39,854 nt of DNA from a virus (taxonomy: Duplodnaviria; Caudoviricetes). This document shows, in pieces, positions 8,086 through 17,662 of the stretch. A program made the position numbers and the translations under genes. Numbering within the stretch: the first letter of the stretch is position 1; each line of letters starts with the position of its first letter. The stretch lies in IMG/VR virus record IMGVR_UViG_3300026851_000040, positions 1 to 39,854 of that record; one strand, given 5' to 3'. The notes beneath the pieces were generated by a model, which worked only from the letters and a program-made list of their open reading frames with translations, was not told where the DNA came from and ran no database searches.

Positions 8086-10303
8086 GGTACTCAACGAGGT
8101 TATCGCGCAGTTTTCAGATTATGGTCTGGAGCCCGAACAGCCCTTGGTGTACGGCAAGCTGACCCGTTGCAAGACGTCGCAGGACAAAGGCAAGGAAAAG
8201 AACGGCTGGTATGTGGCCTACGAACATCGTACGGATAAAGGCGAGACACTGATCTTCGGCAGTTTCGGTGACTGGCGCTCCGGCGACACCCAAAAAATCA
8301 AGGTCAAGGCCGGTCGTATCAGCCCTGAAGAGCGCGAAGTTATGCGCGCTCGGCAGGAAGAGGCCAAGCGCAAGGCCGCCGAGGTCAAGGCCAATGCCTC
8401 ACGCCGTGCAGCCAATCGTGCGGCTGGTCTGTTCAAACGCATGCCAGAGAAGGGCAAGAGCGACTATCTCGACCGAAAGCATATCGTTGGTTTCAAGGTT
8501 CGCTATGCGCCACGTACTGGCGCATTTCTGGTGCCTATGTGCAACGTGCGGGATCAGATCGTCGGTCTGCAGGTGATCTTCCCGGCCAAGCAAGAAGACA
8601 CTGGTCGGGATAAACAATACTGGCCACCTGGTATGTCAAAAGAGGGTGCCTTCCATTTGATAGGCCCCCATCCTGAGCCGGGTGAGCCTGTGCTGGTCTG
8701 TGAGGGGTACGCCACGGGCGCCAGCCTGCACATGGCGACGTCGCTGACCGTCGCCATTGCCTTTGATGCCGGCAACTTGCTGCCAGTTTCCAAGGCCATG
8801 CGCGAGCGTTTTCCCGGTTGTCCGCTGATCATCTGCCGCGATGATGACTGGCAAACCAAACGCCCGAACGGCGAGCCCTGGAACCCAGGTGAAGAGAAGG
8901 CCAATAACGCCGCGCTGATTGTCGGCGGCCAAGTGGTCGCACCGGTATTTTCCATCGAGCGCGAGATCAAGTGGACTGACTTCAACGACCTGCACATTGC
9001 CGAGGGATTGGAGGCGGTCCGCCGCCAGGTGCTGGCGGTGGTCAAGCCTCCTGCAGCAGGTGGTTGGAAGGATCAGCTTGCGCGCACCGAAAACGGTTCG
9101 CTGATCGCGCACATGCAAAACGTCGAGCTGATCCTGGGCAATGATGAGCGCTGGGCCGGTGTTATCGGTTACAGCGTGTTCAGTTCCAAGATCGTGAAGC
9201 TGCGGTCTGCGCCCTTTGGAGGCGGTGCCGGCGATTGGGCGGACATCGATGACATGCGGGTGATGAAGTGGCTTGCGCAGCAATACAACCTGCGGGTCAA
9301 AGCATCCCATGTGATCGAGGCGGTGAGCGTCGTTGCCCATGACCATTCCTTCCATCCGGTGCGCGAGTACTTGCGCAAGCTTGAATGGGATCGCGTCCCG
9401 CGCCTGGAAACCTGGCTGACTGATGTGCTGGGCGTCCAGGCCACGGAATACTCGGCCAAGGTCGGTAAGCGATGGCCTATCTCGGCGGTCGCACGGGTGA
9501 TGCGTCCTGGCTGCAAGGCCGACTCGGTGATGATCCTCGAAGGAGGGCAGGGCGCCGGTAAGTCCACGGCCATGGGCGTTCTCGGTGGCGAGTGGTTCAT
9601 GGACACGCCCTTTGCCCTCGGTGACAAGGACAGCTTCCAAGCGATCCGCGGTAAGTGGCTCGTCGAGCTGGGGGAACTGGATAGCTTCAACAAGGCAGAA
9701 AGCACCAAGGCCAAGCAGTTTTTCTCGGCCTCCACCGACACCTACCGCGAGAGCTATGGCCGCAGAACGAATGACGTGCCACGTCAGTGTGTGTTCGTGG
9801 GCACCACCAACCAAGAGGAATACCTCAAGGACGCCACCGGCAACCGCCGTTACTGGCCGGTGTACTGCAACAAGGTCGATCTGGAAAAGCTGCGCGAGAT
9901 CCGCGACCAGCTATGGGCCGAGGCGCTGTTTTGCTACGAAGCTGGCGATATCTGGTGGGTAACCAAGGACGAAACCAAGATGTTCAGCGAAGCCCAGGAC
10001 GAACGTTTTGTGGTGGATGAGTGGGAAGGGCCGATCCTGACCTGGATGGAAGAGTCGCAGATCGGCGAAACCGCCACCGGCAACGAGATCCTGACCCAGG
10101 CCCTAAAGCTGGACTTCGGCCATTGGGGTAAGCCCGAGCAAATGCGAGTCGGCGCGATCATGCACCGCTTGGGTTGGCGGAAGAAGCGCATGCCGGCGTT
10201 GGCAAAAAGCGGTGTGCGGCAGTGGGCCTATCAGAAGCCACCGACCTGGGGGCGTGGGGCTGCATTGCAGCAGACGGTGGAAGAGGAGCCTTGTTTTGAT
10301 TAA
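8075..10303 (+). CDS. TOPRIM primase fused to VapE-family helicase/ATPase
   Basis: 'CEGYATG', 'AFDAGNL', 'DDD', 'TDFNDL' TOPRIM motifs; Walker A 'GGQGAGKST'; 'GTTN..EYLKD.TGNRRYWP'. Confidence 0.9.
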   Translation: MLDEVLNEVIAQFSDYGLEPEQPLVYGKLTRCKTSQDKGKEKNGWYVAYEHRTDKGETLIFGSFGDWRSGDTQKIKVKAGRISPEEREVMRARQEEAKRKAAEVKANASRRAANRAAGLFKRMPEKGKSDYLDRKHIVGFKVRYAPRTGAFLVPMCNVRDQIVGLQVIFPAKQEDTGRDKQYWPPGMSKEGAFHLIGPHPEPGEPVLVCEGYATGASLHMATSLTVAIAFDAGNLLPVSKAMRERFPGCPLIICRDDDWQTKRPNGEPWNPGEEKANNAALIVGGQVVAPVFSIEREIKWTDFNDLHIAEGLEAVRRQVLAVVKPPAAGGWKDQLARTENGSLIAHMQNVELILGNDERWAGVIGYSVFSSKIVKLRSAPFGGGAGDWADIDDMRVMKWLAQQYNLRVKASHVIEAVSVVAHDHSFHPVREYLRKLEWDRVPRLETWLTDVLGVQATEYSAKVGKRWPISAVARVMRPGCKADSVMILEGGQGAGKSTAMGVLGGEWFMDTPFALGDKDSFQAIRGKWLVELGELDSFNKAESTKAKQFFSASTDTYRESYGRRTNDVPRQCVFVGTTNQEEYLKDATGNRRYWPVYCNKVDLEKLREIRDQLWAEALFCYEAGDIWWVTKDETKMFSEAQDERFVVDEWEGPILTWMEESQIGETATGNEILTQALKLDFGHWGKPEQMRVGAIMHRLGWRKKRMPALAKSGVRQWAYQKPPTWGRGAALQQTVEEEPCFD

Positions 10304-10661
10304 GCGAATCGACGAGATGCTCAAACTCTGGGCGCAGGATCTGCATTCGCCTGTGCCGGAAGATTGTGGCGGGCCGAGTGGCGGCAACATGATCGCCATG
10401 CTGATGGAGTGTAAGGGCGAGCTGATACGCGGCACTCGCGGGAGCCGGATCTTGTTGGATGAGTCGGCCGATATTGAGTTAATTGTTCGCAAGCACTTAC
10501 CGCCTCGGCTTGCCTTGGTCGTTTGGGAGCACTACTGCAATCACCAAAGCTTCCTGTCGCAGAAGTTGTTGCACTGTGCCTGCAGCTCGCGCACGTACTA
10601 CATACGTCTGCATGACGCTCACGTCTTCATTCAGGGAATGCTGATGGGGAAGGCTGCATGA
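10296..10661 (+). CDS. PA0613-like putative late regulator/antiterminator
   Basis: TTG start with GAGGAG RBS; 'IDEMLKLWA' N-terminus and C-terminal HTH-like 'CSSRTYY.RLH.AH'; Q-like position. Confidence 0.65.
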   Translation: MIKRIDEMLKLWAQDLHSPVPEDCGGPSGGNMIAMLMECKGELIRGTRGSRILLDESADIELIVRKHLPPRLALVVWEHYCNHQSFLSQKLLHCACSSRTYYIRLHDAHVFIQGMLMGKAA

Positions 10662-10686
10662 ACCTTGCCGTCACTCCGTCTGCGTC

Positions 10687-10954
10687 TGTCCTACTGTCCG
10701 GCCTTGTCCTACTGCTAATTCGTGCGGTAGGACAGCCGCAGGCCGTGCCGTTGTTAGCCTGTCCTACTGTCCAACCTTCACCCACCCCGCGCACACATGA
10801 GCGTAGCGGGCACGTAGTCGCGCCCATGGCGCGCATGCGTGCTTTTAGATTTCTCTCTATACACAAGGAAAAAGTAAATAAGGTAGGACAGTAGGGCAGA
10901 GCCCCGTTTTTAGGCGCCTGTAGCTGTCCTACTTCGAGTCAGAATAGTAGGACA
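10687..10954. repeat. TGTCCTAC iterons around an AT-rich core, probable replication origin
   Basis: TGTCCTAC forward at 10687, 10705, 10760, 10925; inverted at 10727, 10883, 10947 (variant 10891); AT-rich 10842-10882. Confidence 0.7.
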
Positions 10955-10984
10955 GGTAAGACGGGGCACCAGAAGCGATAGCCG

Positions 10985-11047
10985 ATTGAATGCGTTGTCC
11001 CTCCGTTGCACCTGCGTCATACCCGTATTGCACCCGTATTGCGCCAT
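10985..11047 (+). repeat. Roughly 11-bp periodic repeats upstream of the late operon (P-box-like)
   Basis: ACCCGTATTGC twice in tandem (11021-11042) plus three degenerate units ending in CGT. Confidence 0.5.
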
Positions 11048-11143
11048 GGCATTAAAACCTGCTTGCTGCCAGTAAAATCCACCTGTAAAAAGTACCCATC
11101 TTCGATAGGTGCGACCGCAAGCAGCGGCACTCACCAACACACC

Positions 11144-11169
11144 AAACCCGGCCCTCGCGCCGGGTTTTT
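11144..11169 (+). terminator. Intrinsic terminator in the late leader
   Basis: AAACCCGGC-CCTCGC-GCCGGGTTT followed by TT. Confidence 0.7.
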
Positions 11170-11188
11170 GCGTTTATGGGGTAGGGCA

Positions 11189-11533
11189 ATGACAAACGAG
11201 CAGCAAGCGCTTATTGAGATGCCGATCTGGATGGTGATCGTACTGTCCCTGGTCGGCGGGATTTCCGGCGAGGCATGGCGGGCCGACAAGGCGGGGGTGA
11301 GCGGTTGGTCTTTGGTTCGCCGCTTGCTGCTTCGCTCCGGGGCCTGCGTGGTCTGCGGGGTTTCCACCGTGATGTTGTTGCACGCCTCGGGTATGTCGGT
11401 CCTGGCGGCGGGGAGCATCGGCTGCCTCACCGCGATGGCCGGCGCCGATGTCGCCATCGGCCTGTACGAACGCTGGGCCGCCAAGCGGTTGGGCGTGTGC
11501 GATGTGCCGCCCTCGGGGGGCGGTCAAGGGTGA
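11189..11533 (+). CDS. Holin (pyocin PA0614-like)
   Basis: Three hydrophobic segments; 'LVGGISGEAWRADK.G' motif; first late gene. Confidence 0.85.
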   Translation: MTNEQQALIEMPIWMVIVLSLVGGISGEAWRADKAGVSGWSLVRRLLLRSGACVVCGVSTVMLLHASGMSVLAAGSIGCLTAMAGADVAIGLYERWAAKRLGVCDVPPSGGGQG

Positions 11534-11594
11534 TGCGCTGGAGGCTACGGAACACGTGGCCTCCATCGATACGCACCAAAATGTGGCGCAGAAA

Positions 11595-11731
11595 AGTCGC
11601 CGGGGACCCTGGCGATATTCGAGGGGCACGGGGCATGAAACCCGCGGGAAAGCGTTAGCGGATGGGTTGCCAGCTTACTGAAATTCAATCCATTGAAATT
11701 GAAAGGTTTCCATTGAAAAGCCGTTGAAAAG
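11595..11731. other. Probable cos/packaging region
   Basis: Non-coding gap directly upstream of the small terminase of a lambda gpA-type system; five TGAAA repeats at 11679-11729. Confidence 0.45.
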
Positions 11732-11739
11732 GAGGGCTT

Positions 11740-12336
11740 ATGACGGATCTACTGTTCCTGTCTAAAAGCGCTTTCGCGGCTCGCATCGGCAGGACGCCGA
11801 GTTACATCACCTGGCTCAAAGGCAACAATCGCCTGGTGCTGTCGCCAGATGGCAAACAGGTGGACGTGCTGGCAACCGAAGCACTGATCCTCGAAACCGC
11901 CGACCCCAGCAAGGCCGCCGTCGCGGCTCGACACCAACAGGACCGGATCCAGCGTGATGTTTACAGTCAACTGTCCCCCCAGGTCGAGCCGACTAACACG
12001 GCTGCGCCGCAGCAGCCCATCACCGCCAAGGGCCACGACTTCCAGAAGGCTCGCGCCATGCGCGAACACAACCTGGCGCAACTGGCCGAGATCGAGCTGC
12101 ACAAGGCACAGGGCTCGCTGGTCGCCAGGGATGCTGTCGAGCTGGGCGCCTACAACGCGGGGCGCCATCTGCGCGACCAACTGTTCGGCCTGCTGCCCCA
12201 GCTGTCCCACAAGCTGGCAGCCATGACCGACCCTTGGGACATCGAGAAACACCTGGCGGCGACACTCCGTAAATCACTGGAAGAGGCTGAGCGCATGTCT
12301 TCCTCCGACCTTGAACGAGCGATGACAACGAGCTGA
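11740..12336 (+). CDS. terS: Terminase small subunit
   Basis: N-terminal wHTH 'SKSAFA.RIG.TPSYIT', gpNu1-like 'A.LAEIE.....G.LV' motif; upstream of terL. Confidence 0.85.
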   Translation: MTDLLFLSKSAFAARIGRTPSYITWLKGNNRLVLSPDGKQVDVLATEALILETADPSKAAVAARHQQDRIQRDVYSQLSPQVEPTNTAAPQQPITAKGHDFQKARAMREHNLAQLAEIELHKAQGSLVARDAVELGAYNAGRHLRDQLFGLLPQLSHKLAAMTDPWDIEKHLAATLRKSLEEAERMSSSDLERAMTTS

Positions 12337-12339
12337 CCT

Positions 12340-14343
12340 ATGACCACGGAATTTCCTGACGGTGACCGTGCGTACCGTGAGGCGTATTTCCGTGGGCTAC
12401 GACCCGACCCAGATCTCTGGATCGACGAGTGGGCTGACGAGTACATGCGCATCCCGCGAGACACTGGTGCGCCTGAGCCCGGCCAGTATCGGACAGAACG
12501 TACGCCGTACGCTCGCGAGCCCATGCGCTGCCTGTCGCCGGCCCACCCGTGCCGGCGTGTGGTCACCATGGTGGCTTCGCAGTTGATGAAAACGCAGATC
12601 GCGCTGAACTGGATGGGCGGCCTGATCCATATGGCGCCGTCCAACATCCTGGCGCTGTTGCCCAGCCTGGGTCTGTCGAAGCGTGTTTCCGGGCGGATCA
12701 GCAAGACCATCAAGGCAACTCCAGAGCTGGCGAAGCGTGTAGCGGCCAGCCGCTCGCGGGATGCCCGCAACACCATGGACACCAAGGAGTTCGAGGGCGG
12801 TGCCCTGTACGTCACCACCGCGGGCTCTGCGGCGAACCTGTCGGAACTGTCGGCACGCTACATCTACGGCGATGAGGTCGACCGCTGGGAAAACGATGTC
12901 GGCCAGGAAGGTGACCCCATCGTTCTGGCGGAAACGCGGGCGACCAACTTCGGCCGCAATGCGAAGATCTACTTCTCCAGCTCGCCCACGATCAAGGGCG
13001 CTTCGCGGATCTCGGACTTGTTCGAGTCCAGTGACCAGCGTTACTACTACGTGCCATGTCCCACCTGCGGGCATATGCAGGTGCTGGAGTGGGAGCGGCT
13101 GCTCTACAGCAAGGACTACAGCGCGGTTCACTACCAGTGCGCCGCGCCTGAATGTGACGTGCTGATCGAAGAACACCACAAGACTGACATGCTCGCCCGT
13201 GGCGAGTGGCGCGCCCATGGTAGCGGCGACGGTAAGACGGTGGGCTTTCACCTTAACGCGCTGTACTCGCCGATTGGCTGGAAGGACTGGCCGTCACTGG
13301 CCGAGGAGTTTGAAGACGCCAAGAAGGCTCAAGCCAAGGGCGACATGGGCCTGATGCAGGTGTTTTACAACACCCGCCTCGCCAAGGTCTGGGACAGCGC
13401 GCAAGAGCAAACCAAGGCCGAGGTGCTGGTCGCTCGGGCGCGGCTGGAGACCTACACCCTCGGCAGCATGCCGGTGGGCGTGCTGATGCTGACCGGCGCC
13501 GTCGACGTCCAGGCCAACCGCCTGGAGCTGATGGTGATGGGCTTCGGCGTCGGCATGGAGCGTTGGGTGGTCGACCACCAGGTGATCTGGGGCGACCCTG
13601 CGGATGAGCGCACCTGGGCGGTATTGGACGAAAAACTCAAGGTTCGATACCGACACCCTTGTGGTGTTGGGCTGGCGATCCTGGCGACGGCAGTCGACTC
13701 CGGTGGTCACCACACGGATGAGGTTTATCAGTTCTGCCGTGCACGGCGCTGGCGCAACATCTTCGCCATCAAGGGCGCGAGCAAGCCCGGCAAGCCGGTT
13801 ATCGCTCAACGCCCTTCGATGCAGGATGTGACGTGGAAGGGCCAGACCGAACGCAACGGCGTCGAGCTGTGGTTTGTCGGCACTGACACGGCCAAAGACT
13901 GGATCTACAACCGCTACCCGTTCGAGGACGGCCCTGGTGCGCTGCACTTTGCCAACGACCTGCCCGACGAGTTCTTTGCCCAGTGCGTTGCCGAGCGCAA
14001 GGTGGCCCGATACGTCAAAGGCTACAAGCGTATCGAGTGGGTCAAGGGCAAAGCCGAGCGCAACGAAGCGCTCGACCTGATGGTGTACTGCCTGGCGATG
14101 GCCCATTACCTGGGGATCAACCGCTACCAGGAACATGACTGGGAGCGGGTTCGGCAGGCGCTGGCGCAGTCCGGTTTGTTTGACGAGGGCTATACGGCTC
14201 CGCCTGTTCAGGGGCACCACGAAAAAGAACAAACTTCAACCGCTGTACAGCAGCCGCACTCAGTAGTTTTGGTCACACAATCACAAAGCACTGTACGTGC
14301 CACACGTCGTAGCTCAACTAGTGGTTATCTCAAAAGGCGGTGA
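12340..14343 (+). CDS. terL: Terminase large subunit (lambda gpA family)
   Basis: 'RTPY', 'ASQLMKT', 'DEVD', 'SSPT', zinc-ribbon CPTC, 'VDVQ', 'VDSGG', 'RNEALD' motifs. Confidence 0.95.
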   Translation: MTTEFPDGDRAYREAYFRGLRPDPDLWIDEWADEYMRIPRDTGAPEPGQYRTERTPYAREPMRCLSPAHPCRRVVTMVASQLMKTQIALNWMGGLIHMAPSNILALLPSLGLSKRVSGRISKTIKATPELAKRVAASRSRDARNTMDTKEFEGGALYVTTAGSAANLSELSARYIYGDEVDRWENDVGQEGDPIVLAETRATNFGRNAKIYFSSSPTIKGASRISDLFESSDQRYYYVPCPTCGHMQVLEWERLLYSKDYSAVHYQCAAPECDVLIEEHHKTDMLARGEWRAHGSGDGKTVGFHLNALYSPIGWKDWPSLAEEFEDAKKAQAKGDMGLMQVFYNTRLAKVWDSAQEQTKAEVLVARARLETYTLGSMPVGVLMLTGAVDVQANRLELMVMGFGVGMERWVVDHQVIWGDPADERTWAVLDEKLKVRYRHPCGVGLAILATAVDSGGHHTDEVYQFCRARRWRNIFAIKGASKPGKPVIAQRPSMQDVTWKGQTERNGVELWFVGTDTAKDWIYNRYPFEDGPGALHFANDLPDEFFAQCVAERKVARYVKGYKRIEWVKGKAERNEALDLMVYCLAMAHYLGINRYQEHDWERVRQALAQSGLFDEGYTAPPVQGHHEKEQTSTAVQQPHSVVLVTQSQSTVRATRRSSTSGYLKRR

Positions 14344-14351
14344 TAAAACAA

Positions 14352-14675
14352 TTAGTAAATTAAATATTTTAATTTGTCCTCGCGATTGCTCCACTCTGCG
14401 GCCTCTGGAAGAGGCGACTTTTGTTGAACTATTGATGGCCAGGTTCTACAAAGTTTGGCATTTAGTTCTATGAAGCCTCGCTGGTTTGCTGGAACGTCTT
14501 CTTCTGCGTAAATGGCATCCTCGGGGCATTCAACCTCGCAAGCCGCACAATCAATACATTCGTCGGGATTAATGGCTAAGAAGTTGGGGCCTTCATAGAA
14601 GCAGTCTACCGGGCAAACCGCAACGCAGTCTGTGTGTTTGCATTTTATGCAGTTTTGGGTTACGACGTATGTCAT
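14352..14675 (-). CDS. fdxA: 7Fe ([3Fe-4S]+[4Fe-4S]) ferredoxin, FdxA/Azotobacter FdI family
   Basis: '[40 protein letters not shown]' and C-terminal 'W.....K..LP.A..W.....KL..L'; AT-rich, antisense to the late operon. Confidence 0.95.
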   Translation of the reverse strand: MTYVVTQNCIKCKHTDCVAVCPVDCFYEGPNFLAINPDECIDCAACEVECPEDAIYAEEDVPANQRGFIELNAKLCRTWPSIVQQKSPLPEAAEWSNREDKLKYLIY

Positions 14676-14841
14676 TTTAAAAAGCCTCTATATTTTAAGT
14701 TGATCATTATGTTTTGGTGGTTGGGGCTGATTTAAATAAATACTATTTTAGATTTGTTGTTTTTGTAACTGTGAAGTTTTACAGTTTTTGAGAGTTTTTA
14801 GAACTTTGCTCTATTGCTTGTAGTTATTAAGGAACACGCAA

Positions 14842-15048
14842 ATGTCGTTTACCCCAAAGCACCTCGAAGCCATCGAGCGCGCCATTGCACGCGGTGAAAA
14901 GACCGTGCGCTACAGCGACCGCACGGTGGAATACCGCTCCATCGACGAACTACTCAAGGCCCGCGACCAGATCCGCACGTCGCTGACCGATTCTGCCGGA
15001 CCACGTTCTCGCGTGATCCGGCTCACTCACGGAGGCAAGGGGATCTAA
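14842..15048 (+). CDS. Head-tail joining protein (lambda gpW-like)
   Basis: 68 aa, 'AIARGEKTV...DRTVEYRS..EL'; between terL and portal. Confidence 0.85.
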   Translation: MSFTPKHLEAIERAIARGEKTVRYSDRTVEYRSIDELLKARDQIRTSLTDSAGPRSRVIRLTHGGKGI

Positions 15049-16529
15049 TGGCCCGACATTTTCCGACGCTCTCGCGCAGTGGATTCTTGTTGCCGTCGAA
15101 CATCAAGGCCAGTTACGAAGGCGCCGGGGAGGGCCGCCGTTCGGCCAGTTGGGAAGCCAGCGACAACGGCATCAACAGCATCAACACCCCGGCCCTGCGA
15201 AACCTGCGGGCGCGTTCAAGGGCAGCGGTGCGCAATGATCCGTATGCGTTCAACGTCATAGACAAACGTGTCAGCAACCTGATCGGCACGGGCATTACGC
15301 CCAGGCCGACCACCGACGATGCCGCGCTACGCAAGGTAAAGCAGCAACTGTGGGATGACTGGGTAGATGAGGCAGACGCCGACGAGCTGACCGACTTCTA
15401 CGGCATGCAGGCCCTGGTGGCGCGCACCGTGGAAACGGCCGGTGAATGTTTTGTCCGGCTGCGGCCACGCAGTATGGACGAAGGGCTGGCGGTACCGTTG
15501 CAACTGCAAGCCCTGGCCCCGGAGTTCGTCCCGCACGACAAATTTGAGACTACTAAAAACGGCAACATCATCCGCGCCGGGATCGAGTTCACCCCGGCGG
15601 GCAAGCGCGTGGCGTACTGGATGTACCGCTCACACCCTCGCGATTCGTCGTCGTTGAACAGCGGTTACAACCAGTTGGTGCGCGTGCGGGCCACCCAGGT
15701 GCTGCACATCTTCGAGCCGGTGGAGCCGGGCCAGTTGCGCGGCGTGCCTCGCTTGGCGCCGGTCCTGAAACGCCTGCGCAGCCTGGATAATTACGATGAC
15801 GCGGTGTTGTTCAGGCAGGAGGTCGCCAACCTGTTCGCGGGCTTTATCAGCAGGCCGGCGCCGGAAGCCACGCAACAGCCACGAGATCCCACCACCGGCC
15901 AACTGCTGAATCTGGACCGCGATGGCTTCACGCCGATGGTCGCCCTGGAGCCCGGCACCATGCAGGAACTGGGGCCAGGCGAAGAGGTGGAGTTCTCCAA
16001 ACCACCAGACGCCGGTAACAACTACCCGGACTTTATGCGACAGCAGCTGATGGCTGCGGCGGCGGGTTCGGGCACGCCCTACGAGATCCTCACGGGCGAC
16101 ATGCGCGAGGTCAACGACCGGGCGCTGCGGGTGGTGCTCAACGAGTTTCGGCGGCGCCTGGAGCAACTGCAATTCGGCGTGTACGTGCATCAGTTATGCC
16201 GCCCGGTGCGGGCTGCCTGGATGGACATGGCGGTGCTGTCTGGTGCTCTGGTGCTGGAGGATTACGCGCAACGTCGGCGTGAATACCTGCGTACGCGCTG
16301 GGTGCCGCAGGGCTGGGCTTACATCCAGCCGGTGCAGGACGTACAGGCTCGGCGGATGGAAGTGCAGGCCGGCTTCGGTTCACGCAGCGAGATGTGCCTG
16401 CGCAACGGCTACGACGCGGAAACCATCGACGCAGAAAACGCCGCTGACCTCGCCAGGGCCAATGACCTTGGCCTCAACTACACCACGCTTGATGCCATCG
16501 AGCCGATTGATGACAAGGAACAACCATGA
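15048..16529 (+). CDS. Portal protein (lambda family)
   Basis: 'LR.RSR..VRNDPYA', 'GIEF...G.RVAY', 'RGVP.LAP', 'LTGD...VN'. Confidence 0.93.
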   Translation: MARHFPTLSRSGFLLPSNIKASYEGAGEGRRSASWEASDNGINSINTPALRNLRARSRAAVRNDPYAFNVIDKRVSNLIGTGITPRPTTDDAALRKVKQQLWDDWVDEADADELTDFYGMQALVARTVETAGECFVRLRPRSMDEGLAVPLQLQALAPEFVPHDKFETTKNGNIIRAGIEFTPAGKRVAYWMYRSHPRDSSSLNSGYNQLVRVRATQVLHIFEPVEPGQLRGVPRLAPVLKRLRSLDNYDDAVLFRQEVANLFAGFISRPAPEATQQPRDPTTGQLLNLDRDGFTPMVALEPGTMQELGPGEEVEFSKPPDAGNNYPDFMRQQLMAAAAGSGTPYEILTGDMREVNDRALRVVLNEFRRRLEQLQFGVYVHQLCRPVRAAWMDMAVLSGALVLEDYAQRRREYLRTRWVPQGWAYIQPVQDVQARRMEVQAGFGSRSEMCLRNGYDAETIDAENAADLARANDLGLNYTTLDAIEPIDDKEQP

Positions 16530-17662
16530 GCAAAAAAGCGATCCCGCGCATTTATGACAAGGCTGGCAAGCCGGTAAAGGTCGCGGACAAGAGTTGGTAC
16601 ACCCTCCAGGCCAGCGGCGAAGCGGAGCAACGCAGCATCGAGATCTTCGTATACGGCGAGATCGGCGCGTGGGGCGTTACGGCCAATCAGTTCGTGCAGG
16701 ATCTGCGCGCCATGGATGACGGTACTTCACCGATCATCGTGGCGTTCAACAGCATCGGCGGCGATCTGTTCGACGGTCTGGCGATCCACAACGCGCTGTC
16801 GCGCCTGGGCGAGCGCTGCACCGGCCGCATTGATGCCCTGGCAGCCAGCGCGGCCAGTGTCGCGGTCTGTGGCGCACACCGGGTGGTGATCGCGGCCAAC
16901 GCCATGTTGATGATCCACAACCCCTACACCTTCAGCGGCGGTGATGCTGAAGACTTCCGCCGGGTCGCTGATGTGTTGGACCAGACCTTGGAGGCGATCA
17001 TCGCGGCTTACAAGTCCAAGGCGCCGGACATCGACGAAGTAGAGCTGCGGCGCATGGTCCACGCGGAAACCTGGCTCACCGCCAATGAAGCGGTGGCGCT
17101 GGGGCTGGCCGATGAGGTGGGCGACGGGCTCAAGGTTCAAGCCTGTCTCGGCCAGGGCAGCGTGCTGCAGCGTTTCCAGAACGCCCCCGCCGAGCTGCTC
17201 GCCCAGTTTGATGACGAGCCGGAGACGGAGCCAACGGAGCCGGTCGACCCACCGGCCCCTGTACTGGATGCGGCCAAGCTGGCGCTGATGGTGACGCAGG
17301 GTTGTGCAGCAGCGGGCATCAGCAACCTGGTGGAACCGTTGCTCGCTACGACCAAGCTTGAAAGCGAGGCCGTGATCCAGGCAGCGCTGACCAAAGCGAA
17401 GGCGCTGCATAGCCTCTGTGTGGCAGCACGCCTGCCAGAGCTGACCGGCGGATTCATCAGTGCCGGTTTGGACGAAGCCGCTGTCCGGGCGCGTCTGTTC
17501 GACAAGCTGGTGGGCAAAGGTGGCGGCTTTGAAATCGACAACAGCCTGCCGCTGGATGATGACCCAGCACCCACAATCAAGGCCAAACAGGCCGACCCCC
17601 AAGCGATCTGGGCATCCCGTCAGGCGGCGCAGAACGGAACCTCGAAAGGAGCAAGAGCATGA
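16526..17662 (+). CDS. ClpP-type head maturation protease/scaffold
   Basis: 'NSIGGD.FDG.AI.NAL', 'LAASAAS', 'MIHNP', 'ETWL...EA...GLAD'. Confidence 0.92.
   Translation: MSKKAIPRIYDKAGKPVKVADKSWYTLQASGEAEQRSIEIFVYGEIGAWGVTANQFVQDLRAMDDGTSPIIVAFNSIGGDLFDGLAIHNALSRLGERCTGRIDALAASAASVAVCGAHRVVIAANAMLMIHNPYTFSGGDAEDFRRVADVLDQTLEAIIAAYKSKAPDIDEVELRRMVHAETWLTANEAVALGLADEVGDGLKVQACLGQGSVLQRFQNAPAELLAQFDDEPETEPTEPVDPPAPVLDAAKLALMVTQGCAAAGISNLVEPLLATTKLESEAVIQAALTKAKALHSLCVAARLPELTGGFISAGLDEAAVRARLFDKLVGKGGGFEIDNSLPLDDDPAPTIKAKQADPQAIWASRQAAQNGTSKGARA

Noticed and set aside
10658..10894. 78-aa ORF after the PA0613-like gene
   Set aside because: Runs through the iteron array and its sequence is dictated by the repeats; more likely non-coding origin DNA, although the ATGA overlap leaves some doubt
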